Shown: positions 45,450 through 55,424, counted from the stretch's first letter. The stretch: DNA of 64,000 nucleotides from Candidatus Micrarchaeota archaeon (GCA_043812915.1 JBDRLQ010000016.1:32001-96000); one strand, 5' to 3'. Notes: generated from the letters alone by a model not told the origin. Numbers and translations are program-made.

Positions 45450-46850
45450 ATGGTATCCAAGAAAGCTGAAATAAAGAAAGGAAAAGTGGTGGAGACTGTT
45501 GGCGCGAGCACCTACTCGACAAGATTCTTTGAGGAGGAAGTCCCGAAATACGTCCTCAGGGAAGAAGGGATGCCCGCGAAGGCGGCATACCAGCTGATTC
45601 ATGACGAGCTCAATCTCGATGGCAATACCTCCCTCAATCTGGCCACATTCAACACCACGTGGATGGAGCCCGAGGCCAGGCAGATCATCATGGAGAACCT
45701 GAACAAGAACTACATTGACCATGACGAGTATCCGCAGACGGCGGAAGTTGAAAAAAGGGTAATCAACATGCTGGCCCGGCTCTTCAACGCCCCGGAAGCA
45801 AAGAGCTTTGTTGGAGCTAACACGGTCGGCTCATCAGAAGCAATCCTGCTTGCCTGCCTAGCGCATAAATGGACCTGGAAGAACCGGCAGAAGGCAAAGC
45901 GAAGGCCGTTTGACAAGCCGAACATCGTGATGGGGGGAGACGTCCATACGGTATGGGACAAGTTCGCAAGATACTTCGATGTGGAGCCAAGGATTGTTCC
46001 GCTCAAGCCTGACCGCTACGTTGTCAGCGTCAAGGAGATCGAGAAGCTCATCGATGAGAACACAATCTGCGTGGGCGCGATTCTAGGGACCACCTTCACC
46101 GGCCAGGCCGACCCGATCGAGGAAATAAACGACATGCTTGTCAGAATAAAGAAGACCAAGGGCTGGGATATCCCAATCCACGTCGATGCCGCCAGCGGAG
46201 GTTTCGTCCTTCCATTCACAAACCCGAAGATGAAATGGGACTTCAGGCTGCCGCAGGTGAAGACGATTAACGCCTCCGGGCACAAGTTCGGCCTGACCTA
46301 CCCTGGCTGCGGATGGCTCGTCTTCAGGGATGAAACGGACCTGCCCGATGACATAGTCTTCCACATAAATTACCTTGGGGGGGAGATGCCCTCATTCACA
46401 CTGAATTTCTCAAGGGGAAGCGCGATGTTGCTCGCGCAGTACTACAATCTCCTTCGCCTTGGGAAAAGCGGATACCGCAGGATTCTGAAGAATATACTCG
46501 GAAACGCGCAGTACCTTGCCCAGAAAATCAAGACCTGCGGCAGGTTCAGCATGCTCAGCACAGCCAAGGTGGTCCCAGTGGTTACTTTCCAGATGGCAAA
46601 AGGGCAGGGTTTCAGCGTATACGAGCTTTCCGACAAGCTAAGGGAGAGGGGCTGGATTGTTCCGGCATACACCCTTCCGCCTAATGCCGAGAGCGTGGCG
46701 ATACTGAGGGTTGTGGTCAAGGAGAACTTCAGCCGCGACATGGCTGATTTGTTCTTCAACGACATCATCAACGCGTGCAACGCCCTTGATAAGCCGAAAG
46801 TGAAGGAAAAGAAGACCTCTAGGGGGAAGAAGGAAGATCACATCTGCTAA
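45450..46850 (+). CDS. gadB: Glutamate decarboxylase (PLP-dependent)
   Basis: LDGN..LNLATF.TTWME, ID.DEYPQ, HVDAASGGF, INASGHKFG (PLP Lys), LNFSR, GWIVPAY. Confidence 0.95.
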   Translation: MVSKKAEIKKGKVVETVGASTYSTRFFEEEVPKYVLREEGMPAKAAYQLIHDELNLDGNTSLNLATFNTTWMEPEARQIIMENLNKNYIDHDEYPQTAEVEKRVINMLARLFNAPEAKSFVGANTVGSSEAILLACLAHKWTWKNRQKAKRRPFDKPNIVMGGDVHTVWDKFARYFDVEPRIVPLKPDRYVVSVKEIEKLIDENTICVGAILGTTFTGQADPIEEINDMLVRIKKTKGWDIPIHVDAASGGFVLPFTNPKMKWDFRLPQVKTINASGHKFGLTYPGCGWLVFRDETDLPDDIVFHINYLGGEMPSFTLNFSRGSAMLLAQYYNLLRLGKSGYRRILKNILGNAQYLAQKIKTCGRFSMLSTAKVVPVVTFQMAKGQGFSVYELSDKLRERGWIVPAYTLPPNAESVAILRVVVKENFSRDMADLFFNDIINACNALDKPKVKEKKTSRGKKEDHIC

Positions 46851-47152
46851 TTGAGCAGCTCTTCTCTCAGACCAGCGTTCTGGAGCTTCAGGCTGGCCGC
46901 CCTCTGAATCAGCCCGTGCGGGCTGTTTTCAGCCAGGTGGCTCAGTTGCTCCTTCATGCCAATTGCCTCTATCCTTGTGAGCGCAAGGATTGTTTCCGCG
47001 ACTTTTCTCTCGGGAGGCTGAAGCGGGGGCCTCCATATGCCGCTTCGCATTTCAACCAGTTCCCATAAATAGTCTCTTATTATTGGGTGCAGTCGGGGCG
47101 TTCTCCGGTTAGGCGCCTTTATTATTGCCCGTAGCTCTCTTTTGGAAGACAT
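46847..47152 (-). CDS. Hypothetical protein
   Basis: 101-aa ORF convergent with gadB; no motif recognised. Confidence 0.45.
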   Translation of the reverse strand: MSSKRELRAIIKAPNRRTPRLHPIIRDYLWELVEMRSGIWRPPLQPPERKVAETILALTRIEAIGMKEQLSHLAENSPHGLIQRAASLKLQNAGLREELLN

Positions 47153-47214
47153 AATCAGTCACAAGTTGCAGGAAAAAGATAAAAAAATGGCGGCACTTTG
47201 CCGCCGGCATCTAT

Positions 47215-47553
47215 TCAGCCTCTGTCATTGAGGTCGAAATCGATTCCCCCTCCGACCTTGAGCACTATGTTGTATACGGTCGCAGACAGGAATCCCATTA
47301 TGAATGCCAGAATGCTGTTCACAACAAGGCCAATCAGTCCGAATATGAAGAACATAATCAGGCCGATTATCCCACCGCCGAAAGCGTCCATCGGGTTGTT
47401 GGATGCCGCCATCCCGAGAAGGGTCATGAGGACCATGATTATGCTCATTATGACCATCAGCACTACTCCGAGCACAAAGCTCCATATCGCGAGCAGCTTC
47501 CCAAGGGAAACCGCGCCTATGTGCGTAAGGGTTACTTTTTGCATATGTTTCAC
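47215..47553 (-). CDS. DUF3566-like membrane protein
   Basis: L..I...S..K, two TM helices, YN......GGI...L C-terminus. Confidence 0.7.
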   Translation of the reverse strand: MKHMQKVTLTHIGAVSLGKLLAIWSFVLGVVLMVIMSIIMVLMTLLGMAASNNPMDAFGGGIIGLIMFFIFGLIGLVVNSILAFIMGFLSATVYNIVLKVGGGIDFDLNDRG

Positions 47554-47636
47554 CGACCACTACTTGCCAGCCTATGTTTTTTAGCCTGATGGTTGCCTGA
47601 GAATGGGTTTTAATCCTTGCCACCGATGACTAAACC

Positions 47637-49259
47637 ATGAGAATTTTCCTGCTCTCCTTATTGCTCGCCCTCCTTCTGATAGGCTGCGTTGCCAAGGAAG
47701 GGGAGGATATCGGCCAAGGCATCCCTGTTACTGAAACCGGATGCAGTTATGGCAATCCCCCGTGCAGCGAGGATTTCGACTGTGTGGACAATGAATGTGT
47801 CCTGAAGCAGGGCTGTGCCTATGATACCGTGTCCTGCGGGAATGATTCTCTCTGCACGAACAACACGTGCGTGCTCAGGGATGGCTGCAATTATGGCAAT
47901 CCCTCCTGCGGATATGGATATTCCTGCTCCGATAACATGTGCGTGGCGCAGATTTTCGCAGATGATGGCAGGCTCACCGAGTATGCCCGCTCGCTTCGGC
48001 CCGAGCTCTTTTCCCTGGACCTTAATCTGCTTGCCGAGCTGCACCCTGAGAGCTATGGAAACAACTATCTTGAGCCTGGCAACTATACAGTCAGAGTCGG
48101 GGATGGCTTTGGCGATGGCGACTTACTAGTGAAGTTCATGGAGTTCATCCCTCAGAACGACTCTGTTAATGGCCAGATAAGGTTTGAGGTCTTTAGGAAG
48201 GAGCGGGACGGCAACTACTACCATTATCCGACAATCGAGGATACAATCACCCGCTATAGCTACACCGACATATTCGGAATCGTTATTGAGAGCCCGGGCT
48301 ATTCATGGCAGATTGACCCTTATGAGAACGCGCTGATTTATCACTCCAGCTGCACGGTTTTCCAGGATTACTGCAGGGACGAGGGCAGCGGGGGCCATTA
48401 TTCTCCAGGTTACCTGGAGTGCGCCCAGAGATGCCAGTTTGATGCCCTTCCTGAGGAAACAAAGGCGGAGAAGGGTATTTTCTCTGCCATCTATCCCGCA
48501 GGATACGGCGACCTTGCCCTCTTCTCGGCAGGCCTGATGAAGAGTTGCTATAGGAGGAACGTCGATTTCCTTGGCTTTGACCCGAAAAAACCCAGGATAG
48601 GGATGGAGGTTTTCCTTGCCGATGGGCGCAGCGACATAATCGGCTCTGACGAATCGATATCAGCAAAATCAACTGCCGAATACCTAGACCTTGTCACGGA
48701 CAATCTTGATTATTACATGGCCCAGAGCTCATCCAGCGGCTGCGCCTCATATATGCGCATCAGCCATGAGCTCACCCACATTATGGCGAACCATCTCCTT
48801 GGCATTGAGAATCGGGGCCTGATTGAGGGGCTTGCGGAATTCGTGGAGTTCCACAACAACGCCTCCATGAAGCAGTATGTCTGCCTGGATGATGGCTGGC
48901 ATTATGGCTTTGAGGACGAGACCAAGGATTACATCCCGCTATCGGCCTCATTCGGAACCGACCCATATCCCAGCGAGAGCTACTACGCAACCGGATACTG
49001 CTTCTGGAATGATTTCGTGCATGAATACGGCTATCCAAAGTTCGTCCTGGCTATGCACGCACTGAACCAGGAGAGCCGGGGGATAGAAGGCTATTACGTG
49101 CTTGATGTAATTGGGAATGTCACTGGCAATCCTTTACCCTATAGCGTATTTGACAAGTATTCGCTGACAAGGGAATCGACCTATGTCCCTGGCTGCACGA
49201 ACTGCGAATTGTTTTTAGGGGATGTTAATGAGTCAGGCGTATGGATTGCCGGCGAATGA
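47637..49259 (+). CDS. Lipoprotein with three Cys repeats and a gluzincin-type metallopeptidase domain
   Basis: Lipobox LLIGC, 3x GC.Y....C.....C..N.CV, HELTH followed by EGLAEF, Y..G..FW. Confidence 0.82.
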   Translation: MRIFLLSLLLALLLIGCVAKEGEDIGQGIPVTETGCSYGNPPCSEDFDCVDNECVLKQGCAYDTVSCGNDSLCTNNTCVLRDGCNYGNPSCGYGYSCSDNMCVAQIFADDGRLTEYARSLRPELFSLDLNLLAELHPESYGNNYLEPGNYTVRVGDGFGDGDLLVKFMEFIPQNDSVNGQIRFEVFRKERDGNYYHYPTIEDTITRYSYTDIFGIVIESPGYSWQIDPYENALIYHSSCTVFQDYCRDEGSGGHYSPGYLECAQRCQFDALPEETKAEKGIFSAIYPAGYGDLALFSAGLMKSCYRRNVDFLGFDPKKPRIGMEVFLADGRSDIIGSDESISAKSTAEYLDLVTDNLDYYMAQSSSSGCASYMRISHELTHIMANHLLGIENRGLIEGLAEFVEFHNNASMKQYVCLDDGWHYGFEDETKDYIPLSASFGTDPYPSESYYATGYCFWNDFVHEYGYPKFVLAMHALNQESRGIEGYYVLDVIGNVTGNPLPYSVFDKYSLTRESTYVPGCTNCELFLGDVNESGVWIAGE

Positions 49260-49330
49260 TGCATTCAGTACTCAAGATCTTCATCATCGGGATAACCCCT
49301 CAGAGGTATTGCATTTGTCATCATTCACAT
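49259..49330 (-). ncRNA. C/D-box guide sRNA (predicted target tRNA-Leu(CAA) C34; second guide possibly 16S rRNA h34)
   Basis: Box C ATGATGA, guide CAAATGCAATACCT, box D' CTGA, hairpin GGG/CCC, box C' ATGATGA, guide AGATCTTGAGTA, box D CTGA. TATA TTATAA about 25 bp upstream. Confidence 0.85.
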
Positions 49331-49367
49331 ATCCCTCTGCTGCCTACTGTTTATAATTAGCTAAGAT

Positions 49368-49480
49368 GGTGTTCAGAAATTGGATACATCATCACCGGGC
49401 AATCCGGGGAACAAGTTCCCCGTCACTCAAGTTCTTCGAACTTAAGATCCCTCAGCTTGTCGAACAATCATCACAATATA
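49368..49480 (-). ncRNA. C/D-box guide sRNA with a 56-nt structured D'-C' insert
   Basis: Box C GTGATGA, guide TTGTTCGACAAG, box D' CTGA, two-hairpin insert, box C' GTGATGA, guide TGTATCCAATTT, box D CTGA. Confidence 0.8.
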
Positions 49481-49804
49481 TATCTATGCTTGAGAAGCGT
49501 TAAAAATAGGATGAAAGTCACTCGAGGCGCCTGCCAAGGCCGAAATGCAGGTATTCTTCCCGCACAATCGGGTATATCACAAGCACTGGTATGCCCGTCT
49601 TGATTGCCGCGCCCCCTATTTCGGTGAGGGTGGACCGGTAGCATACTCAAGAATAGATGAAATTGCCGTGAAGATTACTGCCGCAACTAAGAAAACCAGG
49701 ACCTCGCTCTTGTCGAATCGCTTTGGATAGATTCTCATAATATTAGCGTATATAAAAGAAAAATTATTGAAGCGCAGAAGCGCGCTTCAATAAAAAAGAA
49801 GATT

Positions 49805-50719
49805 TCAGAGGTTGACCTTCAGGCCAAGCTCCTTCTTCAGCTCCCTATACCTGTTCCGGATTGTGACTTCCGTTACGCCCGCGACATCGGCGACTTCCTT
49901 CTGCGTCTTCTTCTCGCCATGCATCGCGCTTGCGATATACAGGGCCGCGGCCGCAACTCCGGTCGGGCCGCGCCCGGAAATCAGGCCTTTGCGAAGAGCT
50001 TTCTTGATTAGCTTCACCGCCTCCTGCTGCACATCCCCCCCAAGCTTGAGCGCTGTTGCGAATTTGGGCACGTACTGGGCCGGGTCGGTCAAAGGAACAT
50101 CGACATCCAGCTCGCTTTTCAGGAACCTGTAGGCACGCCCGATTTCCTTCTTCTCGATTCCAGAAGCCCTGGAAATCTCATCAAGCGTACGCGGGATTCC
50201 CTGTATCCTGCAGATTGCGTAGATGACTGCCGCGACAACGCTCTCAATGAGCCTTCCGCGGATTAGCTCGGCCTTCACCGCCTTCCTATAAAGCAGCGCC
50301 GCACTCTCCTTGATGTTCTCAGGGAGGCCAAGTGATGAGGCGACCCTGTCAAGCTCAGCAAGGGCGATGACCAGGTTCCTCTCCATTGAAGTGGCGATGG
50401 ATACTCTCTTGTGCCATTTCCTCATCCTGTACAGCTGGGCCTGTTTCTTCGGCGAAATCTTTCCGCCCCGGATGTCCCTATTGTACTGGTCTATCTCGGT
50501 AACAAGGCCCTTGTTCGGCCTCATGTACTTGATAGGGGCACCGCCACGCGCTTTCTTTTCTTTCTGCTCAGCGTCGAAAGCACGCCATTCAGGACCAAGG
50601 TCCTGGATGTTCTCCGCGATGATAAGACCGCAGGAGGCACACAGAAGCTCACCCTTTTCATAATCTCGGATAAGCCTTTTGCTGCCGCATTCTGGGCATT
50701 TTGTTGACGTAGTTCCCAT
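49805..50719 (-). CDS. tfb: Transcription initiation factor IIB
   Basis: Zn ribbon CPECG..C..CG, D.GPEWRAFD, ERNL..AL, RGR, PRTLDE, GRGP.G.AAA, TEVTIRNRY.EL. Confidence 0.98.
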   Translation of the reverse strand: MGTTSTKCPECGSKRLIRDYEKGELLCASCGLIIAENIQDLGPEWRAFDAEQKEKKARGGAPIKYMRPNKGLVTEIDQYNRDIRGGKISPKKQAQLYRMRKWHKRVSIATSMERNLVIALAELDRVASSLGLPENIKESAALLYRKAVKAELIRGRLIESVVAAVIYAICRIQGIPRTLDEISRASGIEKKEIGRAYRFLKSELDVDVPLTDPAQYVPKFATALKLGGDVQQEAVKLIKKALRKGLISGRGPTGVAAAALYIASAMHGEKKTQKEVADVAGVTEVTIRNRYRELKKELGLKVNL

Positions 50720-50860
50720 ATAAATCCTCCCGATTAGCTAAAACTTTATAAAGTTAGCGTCTATTTTAATAGACATACTAATTTAAATACTTTTCGGCTC
50801 TCTCCTCGAAGGCCACCGACGTAAAAACAGGTTCATGGACAAGCTCAGATATTAATTGTT

Positions 50861-52132
50861 TTATCTATTGAAGATGTCTTCCGCGGTTTTCTGTGCCCTT
50901 TCAAGCACCCCTCCCACGGCGCTTTTTATCATGCCGCCCTCCATGATCAGCCGCCCATTGATAATCACCTCGGAGACATTCCGTGGTCCGGCGGAATAGA
51001 CGATATTCGCAATGATGTCATGCTCTGGTCTCATATTCGCCGCCCGCTCCAGCAATACGATGTCCGCCAGCTTCCCCTTCTCCAGAGAGCCGCAGTCCCA
51101 GCCAAGGGCCGCAGCGCCGTTCCTGGTGGCGAAATCCAGCGCCTTCTGCGCCCCCAGGGTCTCGGCCTTCCAGTACTTGTGCTTCTGCAGTAATGAGCAC
51201 ATCTTCATGCTCTCGAACATGTTCAGCGAGTTGTTGCTCGCCGCGCTGTCGGTCCCAAGCGTGAAATTGGCGCCTGCGGCGTCATATTCCGTAGTTGGGC
51301 ATATCCCTCCTGTGGCCAGCTTCAGGTTGCTTATGGGGCAGGAGCAGATATTCGCCTTCCTCTTCCCCGCAAGCGCAATCTCCCTCTTGCTCACCCATGA
51401 TGCGTGCACGAAAATGGAATTGCTGTCCATCACGCCAATGGAATCAAGGTATTCCAGCGGCGCCTTTCCCTGGGTCTTCATCAAGTCAAGCACTTCCCTG
51501 CGCGTCTCGCTGACATGCAATTGATACTTCATCCCGTTCCTGTCGGCAAATTCCTTAGCCGCAACAAGGAGCTCCTCGCTGCACGTATACGGTGCGTGGG
51601 GCCCGATGGATGATTTCACGAGCGAACTCCCAGGATAAACTGCCTTCTTCATTGATGCAAGTTCGCTTTCAGTTGTCCGTCCGGGGACCTTGTCGAGCAG
51701 CCCTTGGGCAACTATGCCGCGAACTCCAATCCCCTCGGCGGCTTCCTTGATTTCCTTTGCACCGGTTATGCACATCTCACCAAAACACGTCGTCCCGCCT
51801 TGCAGCATCTCGATTAATGAAAGCTGCGCTGACACTAGCGCGTCATCAGGCGTCTCCCTAGCCTCTATTGGCCAGATTTTCTTCTCAAGCCAGTCATGCA
51901 GGGGCAAATCCTCCCCATACCCGCGGAAGATGGTCATAGCCATGTGGGTGTGCGAATTGACCAGCCCTGGCATCGCGATTTTGCCACTGGCCTCCAGCAC
52001 AAGCTCTGCCTTTTCATCAATGGATGGAGAGATCCTCGCAATCTTCTCCCCCCTTACAAGTATGTCGCCCTTCAGCACGTCCCGCTTTTCATTCTGGGTC
52101 ACAATCGTGGCGTTCTTTATGAGAATATCCAT
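50861..52132 (-). CDS. Amidohydrolase (MTA/SAH deaminase-like)
   Basis: PGLVNSHTH, GPHAPYTCS, HVSET, SNLKLA.G, LGTD.AASNN. Confidence 0.9.
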   Translation of the reverse strand: MDILIKNATIVTQNEKRDVLKGDILVRGEKIARISPSIDEKAELVLEASGKIAMPGLVNSHTHMAMTIFRGYGEDLPLHDWLEKKIWPIEARETPDDALVSAQLSLIEMLQGGTTCFGEMCITGAKEIKEAAEGIGVRGIVAQGLLDKVPGRTTESELASMKKAVYPGSSLVKSSIGPHAPYTCSEELLVAAKEFADRNGMKYQLHVSETRREVLDLMKTQGKAPLEYLDSIGVMDSNSIFVHASWVSKREIALAGKRKANICSCPISNLKLATGGICPTTEYDAAGANFTLGTDSAASNNSLNMFESMKMCSLLQKHKYWKAETLGAQKALDFATRNGAAALGWDCGSLEKGKLADIVLLERAANMRPEHDIIANIVYSAGPRNVSEVIINGRLIMEGGMIKSAVGGVLERAQKTAEDIFNR

Positions 52133-52192
52133 TCCAACCAGCGCATAAAGGCATGCAGCCAATGTTTTATATTATTAGGATAAATGAAAAAG

Positions 52193-53389
52193 CTAAATGC
52201 CGGGGAATTTCTTCTCATTCTCCTCAAGCGCCCTAAGACCGGGAAGCTCCTTGCCGCAGAGATACTCAACCAGCGCCTTGCCTGAGAGGCTCACATAGCT
52301 GAAGTACCTCTTGTCTATGTTGAACTTCTCGATGGCGGCAAGCGTGTGCCCCCCTCCAAGGAGGGAAAAAGCGTCGCATTTGGCAATCGCATTGAGAATC
52401 TCGCGGGTACCTTTCTCGAACTTCTCATTCTCATACACGCCCATCGGGCCGTTCATCACGATTGCGTGGGAGTTGTTGATGACCTCAATATAGCGCTCAG
52501 TGGTCTTGGGGCCGATATCCTGAATCTGCCCGCCATCCACCTCAGCGACCTTCTTCTCGACCCGCTCGCCATCGACGTTCATAGCCACATCAAGGGGCAA
52601 TTTTATCTTGCCGTTATAAGTGTCAATCAGCTTCTTCGCCCGCTCCGCATATTCAAGCAGCCCGGACTCCTCAAGGTATTTCATTGAGCTGCCGACGTTC
52701 TTCCCGCTGGCATGCAGCATGAGTATTGAAAGCGCGCCGCCAACCAGAATCTCACGGGCGCGGTTTGAAGCTAGCCACTCCTCCATCACGGTAAAGGAAT
52801 CCCTTACCTTGGAGCCTCCGAAAATGAATATCACGTCCCGGCTGTCCCTCACGCTTTCGACCGCCTCCGCCTCGGCGGAGAGCACATCCCCTGCAAAGCA
52901 GGGCAAAGTGTTGCAGAATCCGATTACGCTGGAATGCGGCCTATGGGCAACGGAAAGGGCGTCAAGCACGAACCAGTCCACCAAAGGAGAGAGCTCATGG
53001 ACAATCTTCCCATAGCCATCATCATTCTCGGTCTCGCAGGTCAATTGCCGGACATTGTCAAGAAGGAGCACATGGCCATCCTCCATCCTGGAAATCGCCT
53101 TCTTGGCATTCTCCCCAATTACATCATCAACAAAATAAACATCCCTCTCAATCGCCTTGTGGAAGTACTTGGCGTGCTGCTCAAGGCTCATGAAATCCTT
53201 GCTGCCGCGCCTTCCCTGGTGCGCGAGTACTATCACCTTGGCTCCGCGGTCGCTAAGCTCCCGCACAGTAATCGCATGCGCAAATATCCTGGCAGTAGGA
53301 ACTATGCTGCCTCCCTCTATGGGTGAATTCAAATCCACCCTGACAAGAACCTTCTTCCCCCTGACGTCCGCTTCACTTATCCTTCTCAT
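52193..53389 (-). CDS. pgk: Phosphoglycerate kinase
   Basis: VRVDLNSP, LAHQGR, AHR, GGSK, DIGP.T, NGPMGV.E, GGGHT; start 53389 with AGGTG RBS. Confidence 0.95.
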   Translation of the reverse strand: MRRISEADVRGKKVLVRVDLNSPIEGGSIVPTARIFAHAITVRELSDRGAKVIVLAHQGRRGSKDFMSLEQHAKYFHKAIERDVYFVDDVIGENAKKAISRMEDGHVLLLDNVRQLTCETENDDGYGKIVHELSPLVDWFVLDALSVAHRPHSSVIGFCNTLPCFAGDVLSAEAEAVESVRDSRDVIFIFGGSKVRDSFTVMEEWLASNRAREILVGGALSILMLHASGKNVGSSMKYLEESGLLEYAERAKKLIDTYNGKIKLPLDVAMNVDGERVEKKVAEVDGGQIQDIGPKTTERYIEVINNSHAIVMNGPMGVYENEKFEKGTREILNAIAKCDAFSLLGGGHTLAAIEKFNIDKRYFSYVSLSGKALVEYLCGKELPGLRALEENEKKFPGI

Positions 53390-55424
53390 CCGTCGCACCT
53401 TTCTTCTTCCAGCTGGCCTTTGACGGGCACTCGGGGTCAATGCACATGCTGAAATTCATACGCCCTCTCTTGACATGCACCATCGGCTTGTTGCATGTGG
53501 GGCAGGGTTTTTCCAAAACCTTCACCCAGGCCCCGGTTGGAAGCGGGTATGCATTCCTGCAGTTGGGGTATCCTGTGCAGCCGATGAACTGCTTCTTGTT
53601 TGGCAGGTGGATTATGCGCAATTGCTTGCCGCACTTATCGCATTCCCCGACCATGTTCTCCTTCTCCTGCGTTACCTTCAGGGCGCCGACAATCTCATTC
53701 CCTATCTGCACCTCGTGCTTCTTCCAGCGGTCAAGGAGCTGGGTGAGCATTTCCCTGCCTTCCTTGATGACCTCATCCTTGTCGACCTTCCCGTTCTGGA
53801 TGCCATCCATCTTCTCCTCAATACCCCGGGTCAGGCCCTCATCAAGTATCTCAGGCGCGTATTTCTTCAGGACGTCATTCACCTTCAGCCCGAAGTCGGT
53901 CACCTCAATCGACTTTCCGTCGATGTAGTCCCTCTTGAATAAAGTGTCAACGATGGACGCGCGCGTCGCCTTGGTGCCAAGGTGCCTCTTCTCCAGCTCA
54001 GAGACGATTGAGGCCTCAGTGTATCTTCTGGGGGGCTTGGTCTCCTTCTTGGTCTTCTTGTTCTTTTCCACCTTGTGCTCATCGCCCTCAGTGAATTCCG
54101 GGATGTCCTTGTCCTCCGCCTTGTAGTGGCTGCCGTAGAATTCCGTCCATCCGGGCTCGGTCATCAACGAGCCCGTTGCCTTGTAAATCTGCCCTCCGGC
54201 ATCCACATCGACATGCGTCCTCTGTTTCTTTGCCGAAGGGGCGAAAGACGCGAGGAACCTCCTGACAATCAGGTCATAAAGCTTGGACTCGGGAGCCCCC
54301 ATCTTCCCGCTCTGGCCGGTCGGGTGGATTGCCGGGTGCGCCGGGTCATCCTTACTTCCCTGCAGCGGCTTTGTCCAACTGTTTTCCTGGATTTTTGAAA
54401 CGAGCTTGCCGTAATCCGGGTTGCTGCCAAGTTTCTTCAGTATAGGCTCGAGCTTGATGCTGGGAGGAATCCTCTGCGAGGATGTTCTTGGATATGTAAT
54501 CAATGAGCTCTCATACAGGTTCTGTGCAATCTGCAGCGTCCTTGAGGGGGGGAACTTGAAGAGCCTGTGCGCCTCCACCTGCAGGCTTGTAAGATCGAAG
54601 TTCGGATTCGGCTTCACTTCAAATTCCTTCCTCTCCACCTTGGAGACCCTGCCTTTTGGTGCTGTCTTGTCCTTTGCCTCATCCGCCTGCTTCTCATCAA
54701 GGAATCTGGCGGTCTTGTGCATGAAAAGCACATTATCAATCATGGCTGATAGCTCCCAGTATGGGGTAGGCACGAACGCTCTTATCTCCTTCTCAAGCTG
54801 GGCTAGCACCCCGAGGGAAGGCCCCTGGACACGCCCTATTGACATCACGCGGTAGCGATCCACCCTCTTGACAGCGCTCATCAGCGCCCGGCTGAGGTTT
54901 ATTCCGTAGTACCAATCGAGTATGTGCCTGGTCTCGCCCGCATAGGCGTTGTTGTAGTCGAAGCCCTCCTGGTTCTCATAGGCCCCGAGCAAATCACTGG
55001 CGGTCAACGCGGAGAACTTCATCCTTCGCCCGTCCTTGATTTTGGTGGCGAACCTGAAGACATTATAAGCTATGGTGCTTCCTTCGACATCGTAGTCGCA
55101 GGCAGAGACAAAGGTATTGGACTTCTTCGCCAGTTTCTCTATCAGCGTGACATAGGGCTTGGTGTATGCAGCATCCTTGGAAGCCTGATATGCAGGCACC
55201 CATTCTATGTCGAATACCGGGTAGGTGGACGATTTCTCCTTCTGCACAAGCGTATACACATGGCCGACAGCAGGCGCAATAAGCACCTTCTTGCCCTTTC
55301 TGGTCGCCTCATAGTAAGATATCCTGTCCAGGGACTTCCTCTCCACTTTCTCCCCGATGGCATCTGCAATCTTCTGCGCTACCTTGGGCTTCTCGGCTAC
55401 GATTAGTTCCATAATACCGCTCAT
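53373..55424 (-). CDS. topA: DNA topoisomerase IA
   Basis: AEKP, ACDYD.EG, S.GRVQ, ITYPRT, HPAIHPT, LGT.ATR, C-terminal Zn ribbons. Confidence 0.96.
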   Translation of the reverse strand: MSGIMELIVAEKPKVAQKIADAIGEKVERKSLDRISYYEATRKGKKVLIAPAVGHVYTLVQKEKSSTYPVFDIEWVPAYQASKDAAYTKPYVTLIEKLAKKSNTFVSACDYDVEGSTIAYNVFRFATKIKDGRRMKFSALTASDLLGAYENQEGFDYNNAYAGETRHILDWYYGINLSRALMSAVKRVDRYRVMSIGRVQGPSLGVLAQLEKEIRAFVPTPYWELSAMIDNVLFMHKTARFLDEKQADEAKDKTAPKGRVSKVERKEFEVKPNPNFDLTSLQVEAHRLFKFPPSRTLQIAQNLYESSLITYPRTSSQRIPPSIKLEPILKKLGSNPDYGKLVSKIQENSWTKPLQGSKDDPAHPAIHPTGQSGKMGAPESKLYDLIVRRFLASFAPSAKKQRTHVDVDAGGQIYKATGSLMTEPGWTEFYGSHYKAEDKDIPEFTEGDEHKVEKNKKTKKETKPPRRYTEASIVSELEKRHLGTKATRASIVDTLFKRDYIDGKSIEVTDFGLKVNDVLKKYAPEILDEGLTRGIEEKMDGIQNGKVDKDEVIKEGREMLTQLLDRWKKHEVQIGNEIVGALKVTQEKENMVGECDKCGKQLRIIHLPNKKQFIGCTGYPNCRNAYPLPTGAWVKVLEKPCPTCNKPMVHVKRGRMNFSMCIDPECPSKASWKKKGATDEKDK

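Noticed and set aside
49265..49470. Short peptides such as MMTNAIPLRGYPDDEDLEY
   Set aside because: The ATGATGA/CTGA pattern is fully explained by C/D boxes.
49517..49738. Small minus-strand membrane ORF (MRIYPKRFDKSEVLVFLVAAVIF..., 40 aa), possibly frameshifted
   Set aside because: Plausible but short, with no recognisable family, so not enough support to call.
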